A stretch of 64,000 bases of DNA, from contig CAWIYV010000009.1 in NCBI GenBank assembly GCA_963840455.1, positions 32,001 to 96,000 of the forward strand. Direction: 5' to 3'. Numbering within the stretch: position 1 is the stretch's first letter; every line of letters begins with the position of its first letter. Source of the DNA: Nitrospirota bacterium (GTDB taxonomy: Bacteria; Nitrospirota; UBA9217). The notes below the pieces were generated by a model. That model was not told the DNA's origin, did not search any database, and saw nothing but the letters and a program-made list of their open reading frames with translations. A program made the translations under genes and the position numbers. Below are positions 50,664-61,522 of this stretch, one piece after another.

Positions 50664-52313
50664 ATGAAGACGACGAATGCAATTCCTGAACGTCTGGCCG
50701 GCAACGTGCCAGGCGAGAGCGGGTCCCGGCATGCCGGCGATGTTCGACAGGCGCTCCTCACCGGCGCCCTCGCACTCGCCCTCATGACACCGAGCGCGGG
50801 CTATGCCGCGGAACCGGTCTCCAACGCATTCGTTCTCCCGTCATTGAAGACCGATTGGGCTCAGGGCTACGCCGCGGAGCCGGCCTCCAGCGAACTCGTT
50901 CTCCCGTCATTGAAGACCATTTGGGCTGCAGGCTATGCCGGGGAGCATGTCTCCGCCGAGCCTGTTTCCCCGGCGTCGAAGGCCGAATGGGGTACGGGCT
51001 CCGGTAAGAGCTACGCCATCCCGGCGATCGAGATCTCGGCCTTCCTCTGGCTCCTCAACAGGTACGACCGCGCTGTCTACGGCAACGACGTCTACGGCAC
51101 GGACTGGAACTCCGGCTGGCAACACGTCACCCATGGCCCCTGGCAGGTGGACACGGACCCCTTCGGCATGAATATGTTCATGCATCCGTACATGGGATCG
51201 ATCAATTACGGCTTCGCACGGTCAGCCGGCCTCAATTTCTGGGAGTCCTTTGGCTATGCCTTTGCGGCAAGCTATGTCTGGGAGACGTACGGAGAGACAG
51301 GAGCGCCGTCCGTCAATGATCAGATCATGACCAGCTTCGGCGGGACGTTCCTCGGCGAGGCGCTCTTTCGGATGGCGAGCTATGCCCTTGAGGGCAACGA
51401 AAAACCGGGGTTCTGGCTAGAACTGGGCGCTGCGGCGATCTCGCCGCCCACCGGCCTCAACCGCCTTGCCTTCGGCAACCGGTTCAAGGCCGTTTGGGTG
51501 AGCAACGAACCGGCCGTCTTCACGCGCCTGCGGCTCGGCGCGAGCCTGTCCAGCCACGTGACGGACCAGGGCGTCGGAAACACCGTTAACAAGGTCGAGG
51601 CGACGGGAGACTTCTCTATGGCCTACGGTCTCCCCGGGAAAGACGGCTATCGATACGAGCGCCCCTTCGACTACTTCCATTTCGAGTTCACCGTCGTCGC
51701 CAGCGACGGCAACTCCTTCGAGAACATCATGACCCGCGGTCTCATCTATGGAACAAAATACTCGTCTGGCGACGCCTATCGCGGGATATGGGGCATCTAC
51801 GGAAGCTACGACTACATATCGCCGGAGATCTTCCGCGTCGCGACCTCGGCCGTCTCGCTCGGTACCACCGCCCAGTGGTGGCTCTCGCGCTCAGTGGCGC
51901 TCCAGGGTTCGGTCCTCGGCGGCATCGGCTACGGCGCGGCCGGCACCATCGCCGCCGTGGGCAGCCCCGCCGAGGGTGAGCGCGACTACCACTTCGGCGT
52001 CGTCCCGCAGGGTCTGCTCGCGCTCCGACTTATATTCGGCGATGTGGCCATGCTCGACCTGACGGCGCGCGAGTACTATGTCAGCGGCGTGGGCTCCGAC
52101 GACCGTCATGGATCGGAGATAATCTTCCGCGGGAACGCGTCGTTCACCGTGCGTGTTTACGGCCGCCACGGCATCGGCATCCAGTACGTCGACTCGCACC
52201 GGGATGCGTACTATGGTGATCTGCCCGATAGGCACCAGACGGTAGGAACCGTCAGCCTCGCCTACAATTTTCTCGGCGACACCAAGTTCGGCGCCGTCCA
52301 GTGGCGCCGCTGA
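50664..52313 (+). CDS. DUF3943-like domain outer membrane/exported protein
   Basis: WQVDTDPF..N.F.HPY.GS..Y..ARS, WE..GE...PSVND; beta-strand-rich C-terminus. Confidence 0.78.
   Translation: MKTTNAIPERLAGNVPGESGSRHAGDVRQALLTGALALALMTPSAGYAAEPVSNAFVLPSLKTDWAQGYAAEPASSELVLPSLKTIWAAGYAGEHVSAEPVSPASKAEWGTGSGKSYAIPAIEISAFLWLLNRYDRAVYGNDVYGTDWNSGWQHVTHGPWQVDTDPFGMNMFMHPYMGSINYGFARSAGLNFWESFGYAFAASYVWETYGETGAPSVNDQIMTSFGGTFLGEALFRMASYALEGNEKPGFWLELGAAAISPPTGLNRLAFGNRFKAVWVSNEPAVFTRLRLGASLSSHVTDQGVGNTVNKVEATGDFSMAYGLPGKDGYRYERPFDYFHFEFTVVASDGNSFENIMTRGLIYGTKYSSGDAYRGIWGIYGSYDYISPEIFRVATSAVSLGTTAQWWLSRSVALQGSVLGGIGYGAAGTIAAVGSPAEGERDYHFGVVPQGLLALRLIFGDVAMLDLTAREYYVSGVGSDDRHGSEIIFRGNASFTVRVYGRHGIGIQYVDSHRDAYYGDLPDRHQTVGTVSLAYNFLGDTKFGAVQWRR
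50799..50960 (+). repeat. 66-nt in-frame tandem repeat (~2.5 units)
   Basis: Units start at 50799, 50865 and 50931: GYAAEPVSNAFVLPSLKTDWAQ / GYAAEPASSELVLPSLKTIWAA / GYAGEHVSAE. Confidence 0.85.
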
Positions 52314-52732
52314 CCTCGACGGCCGCTGAGAGGGTAAACCCCGTTAGAGAGCAAGTTCTCTCAATAATAGATTGTAGCTTTGTACTACAATCTGTAAATG
52401 AACTATGGCAACCACCGATAGGATTCGGCGGCTTTCTCTAGCGGGGTAAAACGGACTCGCGGCCTGGCAGTAGATGCGCCCGTCATAAGCGATGGGCAGG
52501 GACCGCGTGTGGCTTTTGCTGAGATCGGCGGCGCAGAGAAGGATCCTCACCCGGCGGGAAAGCAAATATGTATCACCTGACCAGGTATCGGAAGGAAATG
52601 AGATGGATCAAATAGGAAAGCATCTCGTATACGTGAGCCTTTTCGCGACGCTATTGTTGCCGTCTGAAGTTGCAGCAGCAAAGGATGGTGACATCGTCTG
52701 ACCCCATACGCACATACGCACCTCCGGGAGGC

Positions 52733-53728
52733 ATGGTGAAAAGAATTGCGGTCACGTTATTAACCCTGATATTTTATGCAGGCGATGCCGACGCGGTTGA
52801 TCTTCTTGTCCGAGATGATTCTAAGGAGGTGCATCAAAATACCGGCAGTTCGAGTCAGCCACAGGACGCGAATAACCCTCGCGTCACCGTGCCCGCCGAG
52901 CAGCAACAGACATCTCCCCAAAGCGAGAACGTTGGAAAAAAGGAAGATCGGCCTCTCTCCGCGCACAAGCTGAATTATGCAGCTATAGATAGCTGGCCCG
53001 GGAACAACAATGCACAAGTCAAGTTCCAGATCAGCATGAAGTTCCGGGTGCTAACGCCGAACCTGTATGTCCTCAAGTATAATGTTTTCCCGGCCTATTT
53101 TGCCTACACCCAGAAATCGCTCTGGAATATAAACCAGCCGTCCAGCCCTTTTGAGGAGAACAATTACAACCCGGAGTTCTTTCTGGACTATCCGGTCAAT
53201 GCCGCGATCATCGGCCGGATCAAGCTGCGCAACATCGTTGTAAGTCCCATCGAGCACGAATCCAACGGTCTCGCCGGCGTACAATCACGAAGCTGGAACA
53301 GGCAATACGTTCTGGTAAAGTTCGGACTCGAATCGAAGGAAAAACTGGCAATAACGAATTCCTTCCTGTCGGACAAGGCGTTAGTGTATATCAAACTATG
53401 GAATGCCTCGGGGTATGAGGAGGAGAATGCCTATCTTCAGTCCGTCGGCAAGGACGGCACCTTTCTCGACTATATGGGGAGAGGGGAGATCGGGGTCAGC
53501 GTCAGAAACTTTCTCTGGGGTGGAGCCTTAAAGGACCATCAACTGGATATAAGAACGCCCATATTTCGCGATAGCGACAAAGATTCCTACAAATTCGAGT
53601 TCCGGCAGCAGCTTCCGAATATGAATTTTGCACTGTACCTGCAGTACTGGTATGGATACGGAGAAACCCTGATGCGATTCGATCAGTTCGGACGCAGAGG
53701 GTTTGTCGGGCTCTCATTTTCTTATTAA
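52733..53728 (+). CDS. pldA: Outer membrane phospholipase A
   Basis: VKFQISMK, FAYTQKSLW, SSPFEENNYNPE, EHESNG, SRSWNR and YGYGETL. Confidence 0.85.
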   Translation: MVKRIAVTLLTLIFYAGDADAVDLLVRDDSKEVHQNTGSSSQPQDANNPRVTVPAEQQQTSPQSENVGKKEDRPLSAHKLNYAAIDSWPGNNNAQVKFQISMKFRVLTPNLYVLKYNVFPAYFAYTQKSLWNINQPSSPFEENNYNPEFFLDYPVNAAIIGRIKLRNIVVSPIEHESNGLAGVQSRSWNRQYVLVKFGLESKEKLAITNSFLSDKALVYIKLWNASGYEEENAYLQSVGKDGTFLDYMGRGEIGVSVRNFLWGGALKDHQLDIRTPIFRDSDKDSYKFEFRQQLPNMNFALYLQYWYGYGETLMRFDQFGRRGFVGLSFSY

Positions 53729-53877
53729 GAATATGCCAGTGCAGGGAGTCAGGTCGCGACGGCCTGTCTGCAATCCGGGACGCAAGCATGAAACAGGGAG
53801 CTTTGCTATGCGGAATAAAAAAATGGACGAAAACAAGAAGAGTGAGATCGCCGGGCGCAAGATAAAGGAAATGAGCC

Positions 53878-56800
53878 ATGTCTAAACAAAATCACGATAC
53901 CGACGATAACGATGCGGCCGCCGGCACGGTGGATGTCATTACCGGGAGCAGACAACAAGAGACGCTGCTTACCTCGGATGACCTGCAGAGCGCGATTTTC
54001 AACAGCACCAACTTCTCGAGCATCGCCACGGACGCGAAGGGCGTCATCCAGATCTTCAACGTCGGCGCCGAGCGCATGCTGGGCTACACGGCCGCCGACG
54101 TGATAAACAAGATCACCCCGGCCGATCTGCACGACCCTCAGGAATTGATCGCGCGCGCCAAGGCGCTCTCCGTCGAATTCGGAGCTCCGATCAAGCCCGG
54201 TTTTGAGGCCCTGGTGTTCAAGGCCTCGCGCGGGATCGAAGACATCTATGAATTGACCAAAATCCGCAAGGATGGGAGCCGGTTCCCCGCGGTGGTGTCC
54301 GTCACGGCGCTGCGCGATGCGAAGGACGCCATTATCGGCTATCTGTTTATCGGAACCGACAACACCGCGCGCAAGCAGGGGGAAGAGGCGCTGCGTAAGG
54401 CGGGGGCGCTGCAGACTGCGATCTTCAACAGCGCCAACTTCTCGAGCATCGCCACGGACGCGAAGGGCGTCATCCAGATCTTCAACGTCGGCGCCGAGCG
54501 CATGCTGGGCTACACGGCCGCCGACGTGATGAACAAGATCACGCCGGCCGACATTTCCGATCCCCAGGAAGTGATCGCGCGCGCCAAGGCGCTCTCCGTC
54601 GAACTCGGGACCCCGATCACGCCCGGCTTTGAGGCCCTGGTGTTCAAGGCCTCGCGCGGGATCGAAGACATCTACGAGCTGACCTACATCCGCAAGGGCG
54701 GGGGCCGGTTGCCCGCGGTGGTGTCCGTCACGGCGCTGCGCGACGCGAAGGACGCCATCATCGGCTATCTGCTGATCGGCACCGACAACACCGCGCGCAA
54801 GCAGGCGGAAGAAGCGCTGATGAAGGCAGGGGCCTTGCAGAATGCGATTTTCAAAAGCGCCAATTTCTCAAGCATCGCCACGGACGCGCAGGGCGTCATT
54901 CAAATATACAATGTCGGCGCCGAGCGCATGCTGGGCTACACGGCCGCCGACGTGATGAACAAGATCACTCCTGCCGATATTTCCGATCCCCAGGAAGTGA
55001 TCGCGCGCGCCAAGGCGCTGAGCATTGAATTTGGGACCCCGATCACGCCCGGTTTTGAAGCATTGGTGTACAAGGCCTCGCGCGGGATCGAAGACATCTA
55101 CGAACTGACCTACATCCGCAAGGACGGCAGCCGGTTCCCTGCGGTGGTGTCCGTCACGGCGCTGCGCGACGTGAAGGACGCCATCATCGGATATCTGCTC
55201 ATCGGCACAGACAACACGGCCCGCAAGCAGGTCGAAGAGGAGCGGATGAGGCTTGATCAGCGCCTGCGCGACCAGCAGTTCTACACGCGTTCTCTTATCG
55301 AATCCAATATCGACGCGATCATGACTACCGATCCGCGAGGCATCATCACCGACCTCAACAGGCAGATGGAGGCGCTCACCGGCTGCACGCGCGACGAGCT
55401 GATCGGCGCGCCGTTCAAGAACTTCTTCACCGATCCGGAACGGGCCGAGGCGGCCATCAAGCAGGCACTGGCCGAAGGTACAATCACCAATTACGAGCTC
55501 ACCGCGCGCAGCAGGGACAACGAGGAGACCGTGGTGTCCTACAATGCGACCACGTTCTACGACCGGGATCGGAAGCTGCAGGGCGTGTTCGCCGCCGCGC
55601 GCGACGTCACGGAGAGCAAACGCCTGGACCAGGTGCTGCAGGAGAAGAACGTCGAGCTGCAGAGCGCCAAGGTGGTAGCGGAAAAAGCGAACCTCTCGAA
55701 ATCGGAATTTCTTTCCAGCATGAGCCATGAGCTGCGCTCCCCGCTCAATGCGATCCTCGGTTTCGCGCAGTTAATGGAGTCCGATTCCCCGGAGCCGACG
55801 CCCCGCCAGAAGGAAAACATCGGCCAGATCCTCCAGGCGGGATGGCATCTGCTGAAGCTGATCAACGAAATCCTCGATCTCGCGAAGATCGAATCCGGGA
55901 AGCTGTCGCTGTCGCCGGAATCGGTGTCGCTGGACGAGGTCCTGGTCGAATGCCGGGGCATGATCGAAGGGCAAGCGCAAAAGCGCAGCATCCACATGAC
56001 CTTTCCCCAATTCGACATCCCGTGCTTTATCCATGCCGACCGGACCCGGTTGAAGCAGGTACTCATTAATCTTCTTTCCAACGCGATCAAATACAACCGC
56101 GAACAGGGGACGGTCGAGGTGGCGTACACCGTGAGTTCCCCGGGACGCATTCGTGTCAGCATCAAGGACACCGGCGCGGGATTGCCTCCGGAAAAGCTGG
56201 CGCAGTTGTTCCAGCCGTTCAACCGTCTCGGACAAGAGGCCGGACCCGAGGAAGGCACCGGCATCGGCCTCGTGGTTGCAAAGAAACTGACCGAACTGAT
56301 GGGGGGCGTCATCGGCGTGGAAAGCTCCGGGGGAAAGGGAAGCGTGTTCTGGTTCGAACTGATGGCCGCGGCCAAGCCGCAATTCGGCGTTGAAAGCGGC
56401 AAACCCGAAGCGCATGCCCAATCGGACGTCCGGAGCAGCGCGCGGGTGCGTACCGTGCTCTATGTGGAGGACAACCCGGCCAATATGAAGCTGGTCGAAC
56501 AGATCATCGCGCGCCGCCCCGATCTTCGGCTGCTCTCCGCAACGACCGGGACCCTCGGCATCGAGCTTGCGCACGCGAACCAGCCGGACGTGATCCTGAT
56601 GGACATCAATCTGCCTGACATCAGCGGCATCGATGCCCTTCGGCTTTTGCGTAAAGACCCGGCCACGGAGCATATCCCCCTCGTTGCAATCAGCGCCAAT
56701 GCAATGCCGCACGACATCGAGAAGGGTCTGCAGGCTGGGTTCTTCCGGTATCTCACCAAGCCGATCAAAGTAGATGAATTCATGGTCGCCCTGAACGCCG

Positions 56801-57042
56801 CGCTGGAGTTACAGCTCACCAGGAGCAAGCTGAGCCAGGAAGCGCTGACGGTCCTTCCCGGTGCGCTGGTCAAACTGCTTCGCGAGGCTGCTCTTGCGGC
56901 GGATCTCGACAGGATCATGAAGCTGACCCAGCAGGTAGAGGCCTACGATCGTGATATCGCGAGCGAGCTCCGCGTCCTTGCCTCACGCTTCGCCTACCAG
57001 CGTTTGCTCGATCTGCTGATATCGGCAAAGGACGCATCATGA
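53878..57042 (+). CDS. Hybrid sensor histidine kinase (4 PAS-HisKA-HATPase-REC)
   Basis: SMSHELRSPLNAI, NLLSNAIKYN, DTGAG, GTGIGL, VEDN and LMDINLP. Confidence 0.95.
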   Translation: MSKQNHDTDDNDAAAGTVDVITGSRQQETLLTSDDLQSAIFNSTNFSSIATDAKGVIQIFNVGAERMLGYTAADVINKITPADLHDPQELIARAKALSVEFGAPIKPGFEALVFKASRGIEDIYELTKIRKDGSRFPAVVSVTALRDAKDAIIGYLFIGTDNTARKQGEEALRKAGALQTAIFNSANFSSIATDAKGVIQIFNVGAERMLGYTAADVMNKITPADISDPQEVIARAKALSVELGTPITPGFEALVFKASRGIEDIYELTYIRKGGGRLPAVVSVTALRDAKDAIIGYLLIGTDNTARKQAEEALMKAGALQNAIFKSANFSSIATDAQGVIQIYNVGAERMLGYTAADVMNKITPADISDPQEVIARAKALSIEFGTPITPGFEALVYKASRGIEDIYELTYIRKDGSRFPAVVSVTALRDVKDAIIGYLLIGTDNTARKQVEEERMRLDQRLRDQQFYTRSLIESNIDAIMTTDPRGIITDLNRQMEALTGCTRDELIGAPFKNFFTDPERAEAAIKQALAEGTITNYELTARSRDNEETVVSYNATTFYDRDRKLQGVFAAARDVTESKRLDQVLQEKNVELQSAKVVAEKANLSKSEFLSSMSHELRSPLNAILGFAQLMESDSPEPTPRQKENIGQILQAGWHLLKLINEILDLAKIESGKLSLSPESVSLDEVLVECRGMIEGQAQKRSIHMTFPQFDIPCFIHADRTRLKQVLINLLSNAIKYNREQGTVEVAYTVSSPGRIRVSIKDTGAGLPPEKLAQLFQPFNRLGQEAGPEEGTGIGLVVAKKLTELMGGVIGVESSGGKGSVFWFELMAAAKPQFGVESGKPEAHAQSDVRSSARVRTVLYVEDNPANMKLVEQIIARRPDLRLLSATTGTLGIELAHANQPDVILMDINLPDISGIDALRLLRKDPATEHIPLVAISANAMPHDIEKGLQAGFFRYLTKPIKVDEFMVALNAALELQLTRSKLSQEALTVLPGALVKLLREAALAADLDRIMKLTQQVEAYDRDIASELRVLASRFAYQRLLDLLISAKDAS
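53983..55260 (+). repeat. Triple 426-nt tandem duplication encoding near-identical PAS domains
   Basis: Units start at 53983, 54409 and 54835, each LQ.AIF.S.NFSSIATDA.GVIQI.NVGAERMLGY...IGTDNTARKQ. Confidence 0.95.
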
Positions 57043-57126
57043 ACCGCATTCGAAGAGGCTTACGAAACGTATTAAAAGTAACACGAGGCGACCCTGTATG
57101 CTGACTCCGACGGATGCCCGGGAAGG

Positions 57127-58017
57127 ATGACGGGGAACATGATGAGCCCGATGAATCTATTCCTTTGGTATAATAAAAAGAGACGATCGATCGCCGTATG
57201 CTCCCTCGCCTTCTGCTTCATGCTTGTTCTCGGCGCGCTCAGCGCGGAAGACCCGGCGATTGCCGCGAAACCGTCACGCGTTATGCCGTTTAGGCCGGGA
57301 GAAACACTGATGTACGATGTCAGCTGGTCCAATATCGTCACGGCAGGTACCGCGGTCATGGAGGTCAAAGAGGGAACGATGCCGGATGGGAAACGGGTCC
57401 TCAGGTTCATCGTGACGACACATTCCGCCGGTCTGGTCAACGCGTTCTACCGTGTGAACGACAGGCTGGAGAGCGTCTTTGACCCGGAGATCATGCAAAG
57501 TCTCTCGCTCAGCCTCAATGTGAACCACGGCAAGAAAAAGAGGCGCCGCGAGCTGGTCTTCGACCACGCGGGTCGAACGGTCGTCAGCAGGCTGAATGAC
57601 GATCCGCCGGAGACACTGACCATACCGGACCCGGTACAGGACGCCTTGTCCTCGCTCTACTATCTCCGGACGAGGGATGACTTCATGGTCGGCAAACCCA
57701 TCACCATCGAAGTCCACGACAGCGGCAAGAACTGGTCCGTCGAGGTCCAAACCCTCGGCAGGGAAAAGGTGAAGACGCCTGCCGGGGAATTCGCCACGAT
57801 CAAGGTCAGGACCTTTCCCAAGTACGAAGGGGTCTTCATGAACAAGGGGGAGATCTTCGTATGGCTCACGGACGACAACCGGAAGGTCCCCGTGATCATG
57901 AAGAGCACGATCTCCATCGGGTCCATCGTGACCACCCTGACGAGCATGAAGATGGACGATGTGAAGCCTCCCGCAAAGAAGCCGGCGCCGTCGCCTGATA
58001 CCGATGCGACGAAATAA
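57127..58017 (+). CDS. DUF3108-like exported protein
   Basis: PFRPGETLMY, QDALSSLYYLR, EKVKTPAGEF and WLTDDNRKVPV. Confidence 0.85.
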   Translation: MTGNMMSPMNLFLWYNKKRRSIAVCSLAFCFMLVLGALSAEDPAIAAKPSRVMPFRPGETLMYDVSWSNIVTAGTAVMEVKEGTMPDGKRVLRFIVTTHSAGLVNAFYRVNDRLESVFDPEIMQSLSLSLNVNHGKKKRRRELVFDHAGRTVVSRLNDDPPETLTIPDPVQDALSSLYYLRTRDDFMVGKPITIEVHDSGKNWSVEVQTLGREKVKTPAGEFATIKVRTFPKYEGVFMNKGEIFVWLTDDNRKVPVIMKSTISIGSIVTTLTSMKMDDVKPPAKKPAPSPDTDATK

Positions 58018-58390
58018 CGGTTGAGAAGGCATGTTCAACCGACTTGCGAAAATATGAGAAGAACGGCAAGCCTCATTCTGAAGAGGGAAGGGAATAAAAT
58101 GAAGAGCAGAAGAGATTTCCGGGCACGAGATCCTTGGCGAAGATGCCGGGACGCCGGACTATCACACCCGGGATCGTCATGGACGAGGTGCCGGCGTTCG
58201 TAAGGTTCGACGGACCGCTCTGCACACCACGGGGCCGGAGCCTGGGGGATCGAGCTGATGAGCCCCAGTTGGCCCGAGTAAGCGGTACGGGCCTGCCGGG
58301 TGGGGCGTCGTTACCCTTGCCAAGGTTATGTGATGGTATGAAAGGATTCTTCTTCACGAACGCCAGCTTGTATGGGGACAGGAGGTAGCG

Positions 58391-59620
58391 TTGCCAAGCC
58401 CAAGGTCAAATCAACGAACGCGGACCGTGCGCTTTGATCTTGCACCCTCGACGATAATCACCACGGTGCTCGTTATCGCCGCTTTGTGGGTGCTGGTCCA
58501 GCTCATGCCGGTCGTTCTCGTTCTCGTCGCGGCGCTCATCATCGTTGGTACGCTGAGCCCGGCGGTCTCGTGGCTCGAAGCGCACCGTGTGGGAAGAGGA
58601 TTGAGCATAGCGATCGTCTTCACAACGCTCCTGGTCGTCACCCTCGCCATCGTCACCCTGACGCTCCCGGAGTTCCTGGCCCAGGTGACGAGCCTCATCG
58701 ATCAAGAACCGGCGCTGCGTGCGCGTCTCATCGCCCGTCTCGCCCGTTCTCACCTGACAGCCCCCCTCGCGGAGGCCCTGCGCACCATGAAGTACGATGT
58801 GTTGCTGCAATCCTTCGGTGCGACGGCATTCGCATTATCGACACGGATTCTCGAGGTCTTCGCATACAGCGTAGGCGCCATCTTCCTGGCGCTGTATATG
58901 ATGATCGACCGGGACCGTCTGCGCGGAGGGCTGTTCGCGATCGTGCCCCGCACACACCATATCCGGCTTTCCCGCGTCATGATGAATCTGGAGACGATCG
59001 TCGGCGGTTATATCCGCGGACAGGTCATAACGTGCGCGCTCATGGGTGTCTTCATGTTCATTCTCCTGGCGGCGTGCGGCGTGCCGAACGCATTGGCGAT
59101 CTCGGTGTTCGGCGGCGTCGCGGACGTTCTGCCGTATATCGGCACATTCCTGACGATGGGCCCCGCCGTCGTAGCGGCGCTGGCCCGCGGCCCGGTCGTC
59201 ACCGTGATCGTTCTCGTGCTGATGCTCGCCTACGAAGAGCTCGAAAGCCGCCTCATCTTGCCCGTAGTCTACGGTCGCGCGATGCGCCTCCCATCTTCCG
59301 TCGTGCTTTTCTCGCTTATCACGGGCGTAACACTGCTGGGGATCGTAGGGGCGCTCCTCGCACTGCCGGTCGCGGCGGCGATACTGATGCTCATTGATGA
59401 GCTGCGTGTGGAGCTGCCCGGCGAGACAGAAGGCATCGAGAATGCGGCGCTGCGAAAGAAGGACGACCGGGGCGAAAAGGAGTATGAGCGCCGCACGGAA
59501 GGCATGCCGGCCGAGCAGGCTGCGGCCATTGCCGTGGAAATGTCGGACGATCGAAAAAGGGAAGAGGCCAGACCCCATGCGCCCCCGGTGGCGTCCCTTC
59601 CCGACAAGAAGGGTGAATGA
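58391..59620 (+). CDS. AI-2E family transporter
   Basis: GGYIRGQV, LPYIG, P..YGRAM.L and GIVGALLALPVAA; ~8 TM helices. Confidence 0.9.
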   Translation: MPSPRSNQRTRTVRFDLAPSTIITTVLVIAALWVLVQLMPVVLVLVAALIIVGTLSPAVSWLEAHRVGRGLSIAIVFTTLLVVTLAIVTLTLPEFLAQVTSLIDQEPALRARLIARLARSHLTAPLAEALRTMKYDVLLQSFGATAFALSTRILEVFAYSVGAIFLALYMMIDRDRLRGGLFAIVPRTHHIRLSRVMMNLETIVGGYIRGQVITCALMGVFMFILLAACGVPNALAISVFGGVADVLPYIGTFLTMGPAVVAALARGPVVTVIVLVLMLAYEELESRLILPVVYGRAMRLPSSVVLFSLITGVTLLGIVGALLALPVAAAILMLIDELRVELPGETEGIENAALRKKDDRGEKEYERRTEGMPAEQAAAIAVEMSDDRKREEARPHAPPVASLPDKKGE

Positions 59621-59840
59621 GTGGCCGATGATCCGAACCGGTTGCTATCTTGTCTGCTCGGCATGTTCGTCGGGATGACGGCGGTGTCCTGAACACAAAT
59701 ACGGCATTCGGCAAGAATGAAAAATGAGCATGACCAGAAGCGGTCGAAGAGCGGGTGACCATCATCGTCGAATGAGGATTGCAGGGTGCATAATCGTGCT
59801 TCCCATTGATACGGTGATGAAATGAATAAGGAGGAAGAAG

Positions 59841-60035
59841 ATGAAAAGCTTAATGGTTGTTTTAACGGTTTTGTTTGTTTTTAGCAGCCTAGCATTTGGC
59901 CAGATGGGCACCGGTCAAGGCGGCGGCATGATGGATCATGGTTGGGGATGGGGAATGGGCTATGGAGGGGGTTTCGGGATCATTATCGTGATTCTCGTTA
60001 TTGTGGGTGTCGTGTATATGATGAAACGAAAATAA
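59841..60035 (+). CDS. Small Gly/Met-rich membrane protein
   Basis: AAGGAGG RBS, signal-like N-terminus, GGGMMDHGWGWGMG and one TM helix. Confidence 0.7.
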   Translation: MKSLMVVLTVLFVFSSLAFGQMGTGQGGGMMDHGWGWGMGYGGGFGIIIVILVIVGVVYMMKRK

Positions 60036-60037
60036 AT

Positions 60038-61069
60038 ATGCAGACCGTTATAAGCTCTTGCCTCCAAACCGGGCAGATCACCTGCCACGATGCGGGGGGC
60101 TGCATGATCGATTGCACCGGGAGCGGACAGGACGCGGAGCTTAAACGCGGGGTGTCCTGGCCTGCGCCACGATTCGAGGTCCTTGACGGTGCGGTCCTCG
60201 ATCGCCTGACAGGGCTCGTTTGGACAAGAAACGCCAATATGGCTGAATTCCCGCTGGCGTGGCAGGAAGCCCTCGATCACATCGCAACGATGAATCGTGA
60301 CAAGGTATTGGGTTCGATCGACTGGCGTCTTCCCAACCGCCGAGAGCTCCGAAGCCTTATGAGCCACCAGACCAGGAAACCGGCCTTGCCGGAGGCGCAT
60401 CCTTTTGTCAATGTATTCAGCGGATGGTACTGGACGTCCACGACTGCGGCGATCAACACTGCCTATGCGTGGTATGTCCATATGGAGGGCGCTCGAATGT
60501 TCTACGGCCGGAAGGAGCAGTTTTTCCTGCTCTGGCCTGTTCGAGGAACGGGGGACGCAATTCTCCCTGCTACAGGCCAGACCCGGTGTTATGACGCACA
60601 GGGACAGGTCATCTCCTGCGCGGGATCGGGACAGGATGGCGAATTCCGATCAGGGGTGCGATGGCCTGACCCCCGCTTTGAAGAGGCGGGAAGTATGGTC
60701 GTCGACCGGCTCACGAACCTCTGCTGGCGCTCATCGGCCGACCTCTTCGGAAGACCGTCGTCCTGGGAGGAAGCGCTTAATGCAGTGGCAGTCCTCAACC
60801 AACAGCGGGGAGGGGTTTCTTCATGGCGGCTGCCGAACATCAATGAACTGGAATCGCTCGTGGATTGCAGCGCGCACAGCCCGGCGCTACCTCCTGGTCA
60901 TCCCTTCAGGGATGTCAGGGAAGGATACTGGTCTTCAACGACGAGCATGTTCGAACCTGACTGGGCGTGGGCGCTCTATCTCACCAAAGGCGCGGTCGGC
61001 GTCGGACAGAAAAGGGGCGCGCATTTCTCGGTTTGGGCGGTGTGCGATCTCCCTTCGAGGGAAGGATGA
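60038..61069 (+). CDS. Tandem DUF1566 (Lcl C-terminal) domain protein
   Basis: Two copies of TGQ..C.D..G..I.C.GSGQD...WP.PRF...DRLT.L.W...WRLPN..EL.SL...YW.STT. Confidence 0.88.
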   Translation: MQTVISSCLQTGQITCHDAGGCMIDCTGSGQDAELKRGVSWPAPRFEVLDGAVLDRLTGLVWTRNANMAEFPLAWQEALDHIATMNRDKVLGSIDWRLPNRRELRSLMSHQTRKPALPEAHPFVNVFSGWYWTSTTAAINTAYAWYVHMEGARMFYGRKEQFFLLWPVRGTGDAILPATGQTRCYDAQGQVISCAGSGQDGEFRSGVRWPDPRFEEAGSMVVDRLTNLCWRSSADLFGRPSSWEEALNAVAVLNQQRGGVSSWRLPNINELESLVDCSAHSPALPPGHPFRDVREGYWSSTTSMFEPDWAWALYLTKGAVGVGQKRGAHFSVWAVCDLPSREG

Positions 61070-61132
61070 ACTGTTCGGAGAGGGCCCTCAAGGACCGATC
61101 CGCATAAACAGTAGGCGACAGAGGAGGTTGTT

Positions 61133-61522
61133 ATGAGCTATTATTTCAGCAAGACATTGATTCTGTCCTTTGACAGGGCGCTCTCCCGAGTGACGGAAGA
61201 ACTTAAGAAGGAAGGATTCGGTATCCTGACCGACATAGACGTGAAGGCGACGTTGAAGAAGAAGCTCGATGTCGAGTTTAGGAACTATAGGATCCTTGGC
61301 GCCTGCAACCCGCCTTTTGCATACAAGGCATTGCAGGCGGAGGATAAGATAGGCACCATGCTTCCCTGCAACGTGATTGTGCAGGAGCTTTCAGAGGGGC
61401 AGGTCGAGGTCACGGCCATCGACCCCATGGCTTCCATGCAGGCCGTCGAAAATCCTGCGTTAAGGTCAATCGCTGCCGAGATCAGCAATAAGCTGAGAAC
61501 AGTCATCGACAGAGTATGCTGA
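61133..61522 (+). CDS. DUF302 domain protein
   Basis: GFGILTDID, YRILGACNP and IGTMLPCNV. Confidence 0.92.
   Translation: MSYYFSKTLILSFDRALSRVTEELKKEGFGILTDIDVKATLKKKLDVEFRNYRILGACNPPFAYKALQAEDKIGTMLPCNVIVQELSEGQVEVTAIDPMASMQAVENPALRSIAAEISNKLRTVIDRVC

Noticed and set aside
52602-52701. Short signal-peptide-like ORF before pldA
   Set aside because: It is too short and has no downstream domain; it may be a gene remnant but cannot be supported.
60038-61069. DUF1566 protein as a diversity-generating retroelement target
   Set aside because: No reverse transcriptase or adenine-variant template repeat is present in the window; the two domains are anciently diverged.
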